Virus record (IMG/VR): IMGVR_UViG_3300005253_000946
Reading direction: 5' to 3' (one strand)
Length of the DNA: 64,000 nt
From: a virus
The notes under the pieces were generated by a model. That model saw only the letters and a program-made list of their open reading frames with translations, searched no databases and had not been told where the DNA came from. Each line of letters opens with the position of its first letter. The stretch's first letter is position 1. Of the stretch, positions 9,630 to 18,567 are shown piece after piece. Position numbers and translations under genes: made by a program.

Positions 9630-10382
9630 ATGAGTACTTTTCTAGACTCACTCTACCCAGACGGTGAAGGTCAAGATCAAGAAGATAATGATATGACCAA
9701 GCTAGCTCAATCAATTTTAGCTTTTGATGATAGTGAATCGACAGATGTTGATACTGACAACCCTCTAGAACTAGCTGACGCTGTTTTAGATAAAGTTGCT
9801 TCATCAGAAAATCCAGAAGACTTTGCCAAATATGCGGAAGCCGATATGGCTGGTCGTGTAATGGCACATTCATTCGTGCAAGAAATGACTAAGTTGGATC
9901 CCAGCCTAGCAAAAATGGCAGGATTTATCCCGGAAGATGCCGAGATCGCTGACTACAGTGAAGGTATTACTTTGGAAGATGTCGTCGAAGCCGAAGGTGA
10001 GTTAGTTAAAGCAGCTTCAGTTGCTGAGATTAACTTTGCGACCGGTGGTATCACTGAAGAAGATTATGTAAAAATCGCAGAGGCTTTAGAAGGTGAAGCA
10101 CTAGAAGTGTTAAACGCTAAAGCAGAACTTCTTGGTGTAGACCCGGAAGACCTTCTTCATAAAGAAGCTGCCGAAGAAAAAGACGAGAAAAAAATGTCTC
10201 CCGAAGAGTACAAAGCGTACATGGCGGAGATGAAGAAAAAGAAAGCCGGTAAAAAAGAAGGTCAAGAGAAGAAAGCTTCGGCTTATAATCTAACCGACTC
10301 CGAGGCTATCGGTGTTGTTAACGCTTTTATCGAAGCGGGTGGCGACCTCGAAGTGCTCAGAAAAGAAGCTTCCTTAGCTTAA
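9630..10382 (+). CDS. acidic scaffold-like head protein
   Basis: Highly acidic and helical, about 9 K-x-A motifs, between protease and MCP. Confidence 0.6.
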   Translation: MSTFLDSLYPDGEGQDQEDNDMTKLAQSILAFDDSESTDVDTDNPLELADAVLDKVASSENPEDFAKYAEADMAGRVMAHSFVQEMTKLDPSLAKMAGFIPEDAEIADYSEGITLEDVVEAEGELVKAASVAEINFATGGITEEDYVKIAEALEGEALEVLNAKAELLGVDPEDLLHKEAAEEKDEKKMSPEEYKAYMAEMKKKKAGKKEGQEKKASAYNLTDSEAIGVVNAFIEAGGDLEVLRKEASLA

Positions 10383-10390
10383 GATAAATA

Positions 10391-10427
10391 AGTGTCGTCG
10401 GGGGAGATAACACTCCTCCGGCACACT
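10391..10427 (+). other. stem-loop after the scaffold-like gene
   Basis: AGTGTCGTCGGGGGAG...CTCCTCCGGCACACT imperfect inverted repeat; no U-tract. Confidence 0.35.
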
Positions 10428-10440
10428 AAAAGAACTAATT

Positions 10441-11031
10441 ATGACTGAGCATGAATTAATAGGCTTCACTAAAGAAGCAGTACGCGGCCGGGTGCTAGAT
10501 ACTCCTGGTATGCGTGAGCGTGCGTTTCAGTTAGGAGAAGCTAGATCAGGTGGTCCCAGTAACTGGAGAGGTAGAAGAGCTACTAGAAAGCTTACTAAGG
10601 GCATCGAAAAAGATATCGGAGCTACTCAGAAGTCAGTAGCGTCTACGTATAGATCCGATATAAGAAAATTAAAGGCTCAACAAAGAGCCTCTAAAAATCT
10701 TGTACAGGTAGCTAATTTAGGGAAACAAATTAGAGAAAGATCTGTACAGCACCAAAAAAACCTGTCTGATGTAAGTAAGCAGTTTCATACAACTAAAGGT
10801 ACTTTTACAGGAAGAACTAAAATTCTCGATGTAACACCTGAACATAGAGTGAAACCGGGATCGGCAGCAGCTGGTGGTGCTGGTCGTGTTAAGCAAAAAT
10901 TAAAGTCTCTAGGGGTCAAAGGATTGATCGCTGGAGGTCTAGGTTTAGGAGCTTATTACGGAGGTAAGAAGTTACTAGGCAGTTCCAAGCAACCTAACTA
11001 CGGTGGTGGTAGAGCACCTACCTACTATTAA
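10441..11031 (+). CDS. basic putative internal virion protein with leader ELIGFTKEA
   Basis: Arg/Lys-rich; C-terminal GLIAGGLGLGAYYGG glycine zipper. Confidence 0.6.
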   Translation: MTEHELIGFTKEAVRGRVLDTPGMRERAFQLGEARSGGPSNWRGRRATRKLTKGIEKDIGATQKSVASTYRSDIRKLKAQQRASKNLVQVANLGKQIRERSVQHQKNLSDVSKQFHTTKGTFTGRTKILDVTPEHRVKPGSAAAGGAGRVKQKLKSLGVKGLIAGGLGLGAYYGGKKLLGSSKQPNYGGGRAPTYY

Positions 11032-11047
11032 GAGAGGAATTCGAACA

Positions 11048-11854
11048 ATGGGCTCATCTTTATTAGAAATTGTGAAAGCTACTTTGGAGCCAGACAGCTT
11101 CGAAAAGATAGCTACTACAATAAAAACACAATCTACAACTCCTGGAGTCTCTACTATAGAGAAGGTTGCGTCTGCTTTAGATTTTCTGGCTGATAACCTT
11201 AATATGGTTGAGAGAGCTGACGAAGTTGGAGCTGCTCTTTCTAAGGTAGCTATGGATGCTCCTGTCCCACCTACTAATAAAGGTGAGGCTGTTAGCCAAT
11301 TGGATACCAATAAAGCAGGTACCCAAGGTGAGCAACCTGGTAACAAACCTAAACCGCAAGCTACTACAGCTGTCGATGACACAGGTGTTGTAGAAGATAA
11401 CGAGAAAAAGAAAGCCGATAGTGCTACGGTTACTGTCAAGCAGGCTTCAGCCTACTCAGGCAACTCTACAACTCACGATCAAACAGCTCCTGTATCATCA
11501 GGCGTAGCTGGTTCACCTACTCAGAAGTCTAGCGAACAAGTAAGTGCTGTAGCTCCCGAGCCGTCAATTACTGACGGTCCACCGGCCTTTTTAAGTGAAG
11601 AAGAGCCTGTAGCAGATAAAACAAAGCCAAAAGATAAAGCTACTAAGAGCTTAGCCAGTAGTGCAGCAGTAGCCAGCACTGGCAAAAAAGTCAACGATGC
11701 CCAAGTTAAGTCTCAGATGGCCGGAATTTTAAAAGAACCGGCAGTTGGAGTACACGGGGATTCGGTTGTAAAAGCCAATCTTGGTACTATGAAAACAGCA
11801 GCCCAGCGCGTAGTCGAAAAAATCGACACAATGCGTGCTGGAGGACAACTATAA
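11048..11854 (+). CDS. low-complexity scaffold-like head protein
   Basis: ATG at 11048 after a GAGAGG RBS (track start 11003); EKIA, EKVAS, SKVA, VKQAS, MKTAA. Confidence 0.6.
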   Translation: MGSSLLEIVKATLEPDSFEKIATTIKTQSTTPGVSTIEKVASALDFLADNLNMVERADEVGAALSKVAMDAPVPPTNKGEAVSQLDTNKAGTQGEQPGNKPKPQATTAVDDTGVVEDNEKKKADSATVTVKQASAYSGNSTTHDQTAPVSSGVAGSPTQKSSEQVSAVAPEPSITDGPPAFLSEEEPVADKTKPKDKATKSLASSAAVASTGKKVNDAQVKSQMAGILKEPAVGVHGDSVVKANLGTMKTAAQRVVEKIDTMRAGGQL

Positions 11855-11917
11855 TATAAGCTTCCTACACCATTAGGAACCCACAGGTTTTAGTCCACAA
11901 AGGATTTGGAGAAAACG

Positions 11918-12277
11918 ATGAAAAAGATCAGTTCGCAGAAAGCTTCAGCCCTACTGAAAGAAGCCGCTTCAACTATGCGTACTCTGTCAGCAGAGAACGT
12001 AGAGTTACGTGCCAAGCTGACGGACCACGAAAGTGTGGACCGTTTGTCTAAGCTGGCATCAAGCATGGTATCTAGAGGTTTGGCTGGAACACACGAAGAT
12101 GCTGTAGATGCATTAAAAGAGTCGCTCGATAAGGGTTCCTCAATAGATGTTCTAGAGCAGTCAGTCGAACTGCGTCCGGAGTTCACACCTCTAGGACAAA
12201 TTTCTTCGTTCTCCAAAGAGGCTAGTTCTGCTGGTGCCGAAGAGCCTGATGCTCTAACGGCGTTTTTAGTCTCGTAA
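11918..12277 (+). CDS. coiled-coil scaffold-like head protein
   Basis: ATG at 11918 after GGAG; LKEAAS, SKLAS, SKEAS; just before the decoration/MCP genes. Confidence 0.6.
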   Translation: MKKISSQKASALLKEAASTMRTLSAENVELRAKLTDHESVDRLSKLASSMVSRGLAGTHEDAVDALKESLDKGSSIDVLEQSVELRPEFTPLGQISSFSKEASSAGAEEPDALTAFLVS

Positions 12278-12326
12278 GAGATAAATCAGGTTCTAAACCA
12301 CTAACCCTTTTTTAGGAGTACAGACA

Positions 12327-12836
12327 ATGTTCGAGTTACGCAATCCTGTATTGTCCCTAAAGCGCCTGGATGCAATTGTCGGAGATCCGACCATCTTGGA
12401 AGCTAATGGAGCATTACGAAACGGAATGTGGCTTGGTCTGGACGCTGATTACAAGGCAGTGGTTCTTCTTGGCGCTAGCGATGTAGCTATAGCCCACCAG
12501 AACTACTACCAAGTATTCATGGAGTCCGGTCGCTCTGATTCTCAAGCAATCAGTAAAGTGACCCTTCTTCAACTAGGTTCATACGAAGCTGAGACAGACG
12601 AATTTGTAGACGACCCCAATGTCCGTGCAGCCGGTGCTGCCGAAGATCTTTATGATATCGGCGCACTTCTCACAGTAGTTACGGGTGGATACAAAACGTC
12701 TGGCGCACCGGTCACAACTGACCAACCGGGTGTTTTGACTACAGCTATTATCGGCACCGATGCCATTATAGGTTACGTCACAAAAGATCCGGCAAACAAT
12801 AACGGCAAGCTACGTTACATCTGTAACGTGCGATAA
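12327..12836 (+). CDS. head decoration (capsid cement) protein
   Basis: 169-aa beta-rich ORF immediately upstream of MCP; strong RBS. Confidence 0.55.
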   Translation: MFELRNPVLSLKRLDAIVGDPTILEANGALRNGMWLGLDADYKAVVLLGASDVAIAHQNYYQVFMESGRSDSQAISKVTLLQLGSYEAETDEFVDDPNVRAAGAAEDLYDIGALLTVVTGGYKTSGAPVTTDQPGVLTTAIIGTDAIIGYVTKDPANNNGKLRYICNVR

Positions 12837-12860
12837 CTGGAAAGAAAGGAGCCAATTATA

Positions 12861-13907
12861 ATGGAACTAAATGCTTCCCAGTTAAATGATCTGTTCATGC
12901 AAAAGCTGGACAGTGAGGATTCTCGTGAAAAGCTTGCCGCTGCTACGACATCGTATGTGCGCGACAAACTACGCGAGTCAGCATTTAACCGAAAGGTTAT
13001 TAACCCCCAAACGGTTACTAAAGACGATTGCCAAGTGTCTGTTAATCACGACACACTGGTTAAAATCGTTGAGATCGAGCCGAACAGTAAAGCGATGGCC
13101 ATCACCTTCCGAGGTGAAGCCGATTCGCGCTTCATCAGCGCCCCGCGTGTTGAATGCCCGTTTTTCTCCATCTCCTCGGAGAAATTCGAGAAAACTGAGC
13201 AAGAGCTTCTGGCGTACCAGATGCCTCTTACAAAGGTAATCGAAGAAAACACTGTTAAAGACATTGAAGAAATTGAAGACTTCTACTTCCTCAATTATAT
13301 TGAGGCAGCAGTCCGAAACTACACCAATCCTTTAACAGCTGCCAACAACATCTTTAAGCCAGCCCGTACATCATCGCTAGGTACAACTGAGTTGACACCT
13401 AACGTGAAGGCTGACTTCATCGAATGTAAGAAACTTTTGTCAGGTAGTCGTCGCCGTGCGCAACGCATCCTGATGACAGAGCCTGATTTCGATGATATCA
13501 CCGGTTATACCATTACGGATTTCGGTGACAAGATCGCGTCGGAAGTCATCGTAGATGGCTACAAGTACAACCTATTCCTGGGCATGGAGCTTATCCGTAC
13601 AATCAAGACTGACATCTTGAAACAGGGTAATATCTACTTCTTCACCCAGGAAGAGTTTCTCGGTAAGAGTTACGTCCTGAACAACACCAAGTTCTATATC
13701 GACAAAGTCGGTAATCTTATTACTTGGTGGGCATGGGAAGATATTGGCATGATCATCGTTAATGTAGCTTCGATCTCTAAGATGGAGCTTTACAAAGGCG
13801 ATCCGACTCTTGCTGGTAACCGTCCTGCAGTCGGTCTTGCTCTTGAAGATGAACTGGGTGGTACTTACGTTGAGCCTGATCAGGTTCAGCCGCTGGTCAC
13901 CTTTTAA
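12861..13907 (+). CDS. major capsid protein (HK97 fold)
   Basis: 348 aa, strong AAGGAG RBS, biased codon use, position after protease/scaffold/decoration, downstream hairpin. Confidence 0.8.
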   Translation: MELNASQLNDLFMQKLDSEDSREKLAAATTSYVRDKLRESAFNRKVINPQTVTKDDCQVSVNHDTLVKIVEIEPNSKAMAITFRGEADSRFISAPRVECPFFSISSEKFEKTEQELLAYQMPLTKVIEENTVKDIEEIEDFYFLNYIEAAVRNYTNPLTAANNIFKPARTSSLGTTELTPNVKADFIECKKLLSGSRRRAQRILMTEPDFDDITGYTITDFGDKIASEVIVDGYKYNLFLGMELIRTIKTDILKQGNIYFFTQEEFLGKSYVLNNTKFYIDKVGNLITWWAWEDIGMIIVNVASISKMELYKGDPTLAGNRPAVGLALEDELGGTYVEPDQVQPLVTF

Positions 13908-13924
13908 TCTGACTTAGCAACCTA

Positions 13925-13955
13925 AGTAGGGAGGTCCTAACCGGGCCTCCCTACT
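13925..13955 (+). terminator. strong hairpin after MCP (terminator or mRNA stabiliser)
   Basis: AGTAGGGAGGTCC / GGGCCTCCCTACT 13-bp stem; no clear U-tract. Confidence 0.55.
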
Positions 13956-13969
13956 CGAAGGACTTTAGA

Positions 13970-14443
13970 ATGAAAATTTCAGTTCGTAATATTTCCGGTA
14001 CAGCTGCTTCGAATAAACCTTTTGAGAGTATTCAGTTAGGCAGCATGATGAAATTAGCTCCCTCTAGGGAGTTTGCTTTTGATGTTGAGTCTTTAGGGCT
14101 TGTCTCTTATGGATTGTTAGAGGGTTTAAAAGCTGACGTTGCAGTAGTCAGTGTAGATGGGACTGTACTATCTACAGAAGATGCAGTAACTTTTATCAAA
14201 TCTGGTGGCAAAAAATTACTTAAAGTTAAAAAAGAACCAGAACCTATAGTAGAGCCAAAAGTCGAAGAAAAGACTGTAGAAGCTCCTAAAGAAGAAGAGA
14301 AAAAACCTTCAATAGTCGATAAGATCGTTAAGGCTGTCAAAAAAGACAAGCCTAAAAAAGCAGCTAAAGATAAGAAGTCTAAAAAGGCTGTAGAAGAAAC
14401 ACCCAAAAAGAAGAAGAAAACTCGTAAGAAAAAGGATAAGTAA
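13970..14443 (+). CDS. hypothetical protein with Lys-rich, histone H1-like C-terminal tail
   Basis: C-terminus KKDKPKKAAKDKKSKK...KKKKTRKKKDK. Confidence 0.6.
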   Translation: MKISVRNISGTAASNKPFESIQLGSMMKLAPSREFAFDVESLGLVSYGLLEGLKADVAVVSVDGTVLSTEDAVTFIKSGGKKLLKVKKEPEPIVEPKVEEKTVEAPKEEEKKPSIVDKIVKAVKKDKPKKAAKDKKSKKAVEETPKKKKKTRKKKDK

Positions 14444-15012
14444 TGGTCACCTTGTCCAGACGGATATATCGAGTAACTAATTTAACAGATCAACCACGGA
14501 CTATAAATGGGATCCCTAAGATAGTTCGTACCGGTGTTTCTGTCGGACCTTTTGTTTTAAGGCCCGGTTTTTTTGTTGATGTAGAGGACTCAATTCTTAC
14601 ACCAGGTTTACGTCGACATCAAAAGAATAAGGTTGTATCTTTTTTCCGTATGATTTCTGTTGAATACGACAGACCTACTACTAATAAAACTGTTCGTAGA
14701 GCAGCTACTACTCCTCCACCAGCCCCAGCTCCTCTTAAAGAAGAGGTAGTAGAAGAACCTGTAGTACAAGAAGAGCCTGTTGAGGAAGAAGAATCGGTAG
14801 TGGAAGAGGAAGTAACTGAAGACTCTGAAGAAGTTGTTGAAGAAGAAGAGATCTCTTCTATCAGCCTTAACGATATTACCGATTTAAATAGAGAAGAGTT
14901 ACTTCAACTCTGCGAAGAGTTTGATATTAAGACTCGCTCTGATATAAAGACCAAAACTCTTCGCAAGAAGGTTAAAGCCTACTTAAGCGAGAACACACAA
15001 ACCGATGAGTAG
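14443..15012 (+). CDS. protein with acidic linker and C-terminal Rho-N/HeH-like helical domain
   Basis: Glu-rich linker, then LTDLNREELLQLCEEFDIKTRSDIKTKTLRKKVK. Confidence 0.55.
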   Translation: MVTLSRRIYRVTNLTDQPRTINGIPKIVRTGVSVGPFVLRPGFFVDVEDSILTPGLRRHQKNKVVSFFRMISVEYDRPTTNKTVRRAATTPPPAPAPLKEEVVEEPVVQEEPVEEEESVVEEEVTEDSEEVVEEEEISSISLNDITDLNREELLQLCEEFDIKTRSDIKTKTLRKKVKAYLSENTQTDE

Positions 15013-15020
15013 TGTAGAAA

Positions 15021-15548
15021 ATGCCAAACATTGTTACCACCATAGAAGCCTTTACAGAAGAGGTTCGGAGGTATCTTAGAGACTACCCCGAACTTAACCG
15101 CCTTATTAAAGGGGAAGAGCATAAAGATATCGATATTGCTATCTCTATGAAGGATGCAGCTGGCGATTATAATATGACTCCACCGTTTATCGGTGACCTC
15201 CAACCAAACAAAATACCTACTAGATACCTAACCAACTTCAAGTTAGGTACTATCATACATCTTCTACAAAGCGTTACGCTTTTAAATATTCGTAACCGCC
15301 TCACGTACAACGATGGTGGAGTACATGTGGGTATTTTTGATAAGCAGCCGGATATCCAGAACTGGATCGGTATGATTAAGCCTCAGTATATGAAGACTCT
15401 TGATCGTTACAAAGTGTCTCTCAATTTAGAACAAGCCTATGGTGGAGTACATTCAGAATACTACATCATCAATAACTACTACGATGTTGGTGAGATATCT
15501 CTTCTAGGTAACACTTCCAATATCGGAACAGGCGGCGGCGTTGAGTGA
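15021..15548 (+). CDS. putative head-tail adaptor
   Basis: 175-aa helical ORF downstream of MCP in the usual connector position. Confidence 0.5.
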   Translation: MPNIVTTIEAFTEEVRRYLRDYPELNRLIKGEEHKDIDIAISMKDAAGDYNMTPPFIGDLQPNKIPTRYLTNFKLGTIIHLLQSVTLLNIRNRLTYNDGGVHVGIFDKQPDIQNWIGMIKPQYMKTLDRYKVSLNLEQAYGGVHSEYYIINNYYDVGEISLLGNTSNIGTGGGVE

Positions 15549-16417
15549 TGGAATGCAGTTTCTCAAATGTTGGTTATGAGATCACTAAGTTGGCTGATAA
15601 TCATACGATCAAAGCTCAGACAGACAACAGTTTCCGGGATACTAGAAATATTATGCTTGGCAGGCAGTTAGGTGCCAGTGCTATGGCTATAGGAGGTGTT
15701 GCAGGAGTAGGAACTAGTCTCCTTTCCCGTAAAGCAGACGAACTACTAGTTTCTAAAGTCACCAAAGAGTTGGTTAAGGACGAAGCAGCTAAAGCTTCCT
15801 CAGTTATTGCAGAGATGTTAAATCAATATGGATTGTCTGATATCCTTAAAAATCCTGAATCATCTATCGAAGTAGGTAGATCTGCAGGATCAGGACAGAC
15901 CTCTATTTATCTTGATTTAGATCCCCGAAAACCACAAAGGTCTGTAGCTAAATTCGCAATTACTGATACAGGCAAGTTTGCTCCTGCACATGAGGTTGGG
16001 CACGTGGTTGGTGAACAACGTTCCTTACTTCATAAATGGCGTGGTAAATTAACTAGGGGTCAGAGTAGAAATCTGACTCAAGCATTATCTCGTGCAAATA
16101 GAGCTGCCTATTTAGCTGGTATAGGTGGTGGTCTTATAGCAATGTCAACAGACAACGAGTACGCGGCTCCTGCCTTAGTTGCAGCCCCATTTTTACCTCA
16201 ATTATATAATGAAGCAAGAGCCAGTGCTTATGGGTTAAACTATCTCAAGAAAAAGCATGGTTTAAAGTCTATGTTAAAAGGATTAGTGCCAGCTACTACA
16301 GCAATCTCTACTTATGCTGCTATGCCTTTGTCTTTAGCTATAGCTTTTTTAGCAGCAGGGAAGTTAAAGAAAAAGATTAAACATAAACCACCAGTTAAAA
16401 AGGGTGATAAAAAATGA
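15545..16417 (+). CDS. putative membrane-associated zinc metallopeptidase with EITKLA leader
   Basis: HEVGH zincin motif, downstream NEARAS Glu, hydrophobic Gly-rich helices. Confidence 0.6.
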   Translation: MMECSFSNVGYEITKLADNHTIKAQTDNSFRDTRNIMLGRQLGASAMAIGGVAGVGTSLLSRKADELLVSKVTKELVKDEAAKASSVIAEMLNQYGLSDILKNPESSIEVGRSAGSGQTSIYLDLDPRKPQRSVAKFAITDTGKFAPAHEVGHVVGEQRSLLHKWRGKLTRGQSRNLTQALSRANRAAYLAGIGGGLIAMSTDNEYAAPALVAAPFLPQLYNEARASAYGLNYLKKKHGLKSMLKGLVPATTAISTYAAMPLSLAIAFLAAGKLKKKIKHKPPVKKGDKK

Positions 16418-16788
16418 GTCTATTCCAACCTAAATCGAAGAAGAAAAAGAAACCGAGTCTGCAAAGCACTGTACAAAAAGTGCGTATGCAAGAGCAGCGA
16501 GAATCAATGGCACCTACGTTTATTTTTAAGCGTACCATTATAAAGGTTGTAGACGGCCAAGGAAGGTTTAGGTATTATGATGCGAAGACCGGAGAGAAGG
16601 TCTCAGCAAGTCATAAAGAGGCAACTGGTGTACTAAAGTTCTCTCCTGCCGGTGAAACGGCAGCAAAGAAAGGTGTAGGTCTTGCTGACTTATTACAAAG
16701 AGGTCAGGTAACATACTCTGGAGATTTGAAAGCAATCGTAACACTAGGCTCTAAAAGAACTTTAACAGCTTTAGTAGCATTTTCTTAA
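16414..16788 (+). CDS. basic hypothetical protein
   Basis: 124-aa ORF coupled to the upstream gene. Confidence 0.55.
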   Translation: MSLFQPKSKKKKKPSLQSTVQKVRMQEQRESMAPTFIFKRTIIKVVDGQGRFRYYDAKTGEKVSASHKEATGVLKFSPAGETAAKKGVGLADLLQRGQVTYSGDLKAIVTLGSKRTLTALVAFS

Positions 16789-16798
16789 GGACAAACCA

Positions 16799-17179
16799 AT
16801 GTCAGATACACAAGATATAACGATGGGCAAGGTAGCAGCAGCTTCCTTCAAGAGTGAACTTGAAAAATTAGCTCTCTTTGGTAGTGCTGCTAAAAAAGCA
16901 ACCGAGAAGGCAGTTAAGAGTAAAGCTACTAGGCAAGAAATTTTGCAAGGTATTAAAGCTCTAGGCATCGGGGGCGGTGCTAGTATGGCAGGATTAGGTG
17001 TTCTAAGATCAGGAAGTGCGGCCAAGCAAAGAGCTGACCAAGCTTCTAGACCTACCTTTGTAAAACATATTTCTAAATATGATAAAGCTACTGGACGTAG
17101 AGCCGCTATGACAATTAGAGGTCCTATGAAGAAAGTACAAGTAGCTAAGAAAAAAGCATTAGTCAAAAAAACCAAATAA
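16799..17179 (+). CDS. leader-bearing basic Gly-zipper protein (AASFKSELEKLA)
   Basis: Shared N-terminal leader; GIGGGASMAGLG segment. Confidence 0.65.
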   Translation: MSDTQDITMGKVAAASFKSELEKLALFGSAAKKATEKAVKSKATRQEILQGIKALGIGGGASMAGLGVLRSGSAAKQRADQASRPTFVKHISKYDKATGRRAAMTIRGPMKKVQVAKKKALVKKTK

Positions 17180-17198
17180 CTAGAAGGAGACATGAACC

Positions 17199-17540
17199 AT
17201 GAGTCAACCAAATGCACTTCTATCCGCTATGTACGGTACTGCACCGGTAGCTGAAGAAGAACTAATCAAGATGGCAGAAGCCGGTTTAATCCAACTCGAC
17301 GAAGGCGAAGAAGTCGCTATCGATAATGATTTCTATAAAGAAGCGTCGGCAGTATTAGACCACGATGCGATTATTTCTTTAGATTCAACAGGCCGTGCGC
17401 TTGCTAGAGAAATGGTTATGGATCGTTTAAACAAAACAGCATCGGCTGACGAAGAGGGAGTAGATTTAGAAAATCTTTCCCCTATCGAGAGACTCAATCT
17501 CGAAGTCCAAACAGCTCTTGCCGAACAAGGTGCGGAATAA
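17199..17540 (+). CDS. acidic putative head protein with K-x-A motifs
   Basis: IKMA, YKEAS, NKTAS; GRALAREM resembles GRVMAHSF of 9630..10382. Confidence 0.6.
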   Translation: MSQPNALLSAMYGTAPVAEEELIKMAEAGLIQLDEGEEVAIDNDFYKEASAVLDHDAIISLDSTGRALAREMVMDRLNKTASADEEGVDLENLSPIERLNLEVQTALAEQGAE

Positions 17541-17563
17541 CTTTTTTAGGTTAGGAGTCTAAA

Positions 17564-17947
17564 ATGGATTTAGATCAAACAGTAAACGATAAAGTTATGG
17601 CAGCCTCTTTTAGAAACGAGCTTGAGAAATTAGCTGTTTACGGACAGATTGGTAAAGGGATAGCCGTTGCCGGTAAGAAGCTTGTTGAATGGGGCGGAAA
17701 GAAAAGCGGTAAGCTTGGTAGATATGCTACCAAAGCAGGAGAGAAAGCTCGAATGGTTGGTAAAGATATCGGAGGCCGTAATGTATCCAAAGCACAAGCT
17801 GGTTTAGCAGGAGCTAAAGATATCGGCGGAGTTGTGGGTTACACCAAAGCTCTTGGTGGTGCCAAGAAACGACAAGCTATTGCTAGAGCTGCTTTGACTG
17901 GCGGTACTGGTTTAGCCACTGGTGTAGGTATCGGAAAAGCTCTGTAA
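17564..17947 (+). CDS. leader-bearing basic Gly-zipper protein (AASFRNELEKLA)
   Basis: Shared leader; C-terminal GGTGLATGVGIG. Confidence 0.65.
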   Translation: MDLDQTVNDKVMAASFRNELEKLAVYGQIGKGIAVAGKKLVEWGGKKSGKLGRYATKAGEKARMVGKDIGGRNVSKAQAGLAGAKDIGGVVGYTKALGGAKKRQAIARAALTGGTGLATGVGIGKAL

Positions 17948-17958
17948 GTAAGAAACTT

Positions 17959-18567
17959 ATGTCTTCCTCTCTAGTATATGAGTATGTGGGAGGAGCAGTA
18001 GTCGCTTCAGCATTTGGTAACGAATTAAAGAAGTTGGCAGCTGCTCCTCCTCGACAGTTTGTACGTAGCACTTCGGATGCTATGGCATCCCTTCGTGCGT
18101 CTCAGAGGGAGCGCAATCTACCTACGGGTATGAGAGAACAACTCATTGGTGAAGGCTCTTCTTATTTAGCCGAAAGACCTGGTGAGTATCCACGATATCA
18201 ATTAACACGTGGATTAGGCGTAGGTGCAGGTATCGGAGCAGCAGCCGGTGGAGCTGGTTTTCTATTTAGACATTCTGCAGAGAAGATGGGTCTCTGGGAT
18301 AAAATGCCTAACCTGCTTAAGAAAACAATTGGATCCAGAGTATTTCAATTTGGAATTATACCAGCAGCCGCCGCAGTTGGAGCTTTTATAGCTACCAGAG
18401 GTTTAGAAGAAGGACAAAATGTTCCTCGACACAAATCTGCTGAAGAGGTAGAGGCGGTTATAGGACGTAAGATAGTTAAAAAGCACAAGATACGCTCTAT
18501 GGCTGGCCGTGCTGCCGAGATGATTATAGATGTTAGAAGTGGGGCAGTCCTACCAGGAGTAGGCTAA
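17959..18567 (+). CDS. leader-bearing Gly-zipper protein (ASAFGNELKKLA)
   Basis: Shared leader; GLGVGAGIGAAAGGAG and a second hydrophobic helix. Confidence 0.65.
   Translation: MSSSLVYEYVGGAVVASAFGNELKKLAAAPPRQFVRSTSDAMASLRASQRERNLPTGMREQLIGEGSSYLAERPGEYPRYQLTRGLGVGAGIGAAAGGAGFLFRHSAEKMGLWDKMPNLLKKTIGSRVFQFGIIPAAAAVGAFIATRGLEEGQNVPRHKSAEEVEAVIGRKIVKKHKIRSMAGRAAEMIIDVRSGAVLPGVG

Noticed and set aside
7830-13907. Eukaryotic virus (herpes/mirusvirus-like) origin suggested by Ala-Ser sites and basic core proteins
   Set aside because: Shine-Dalgarno sites, sigma70 promoters, intrinsic terminators, coupled operons and a contractile tail indicate a prokaryotic phage.
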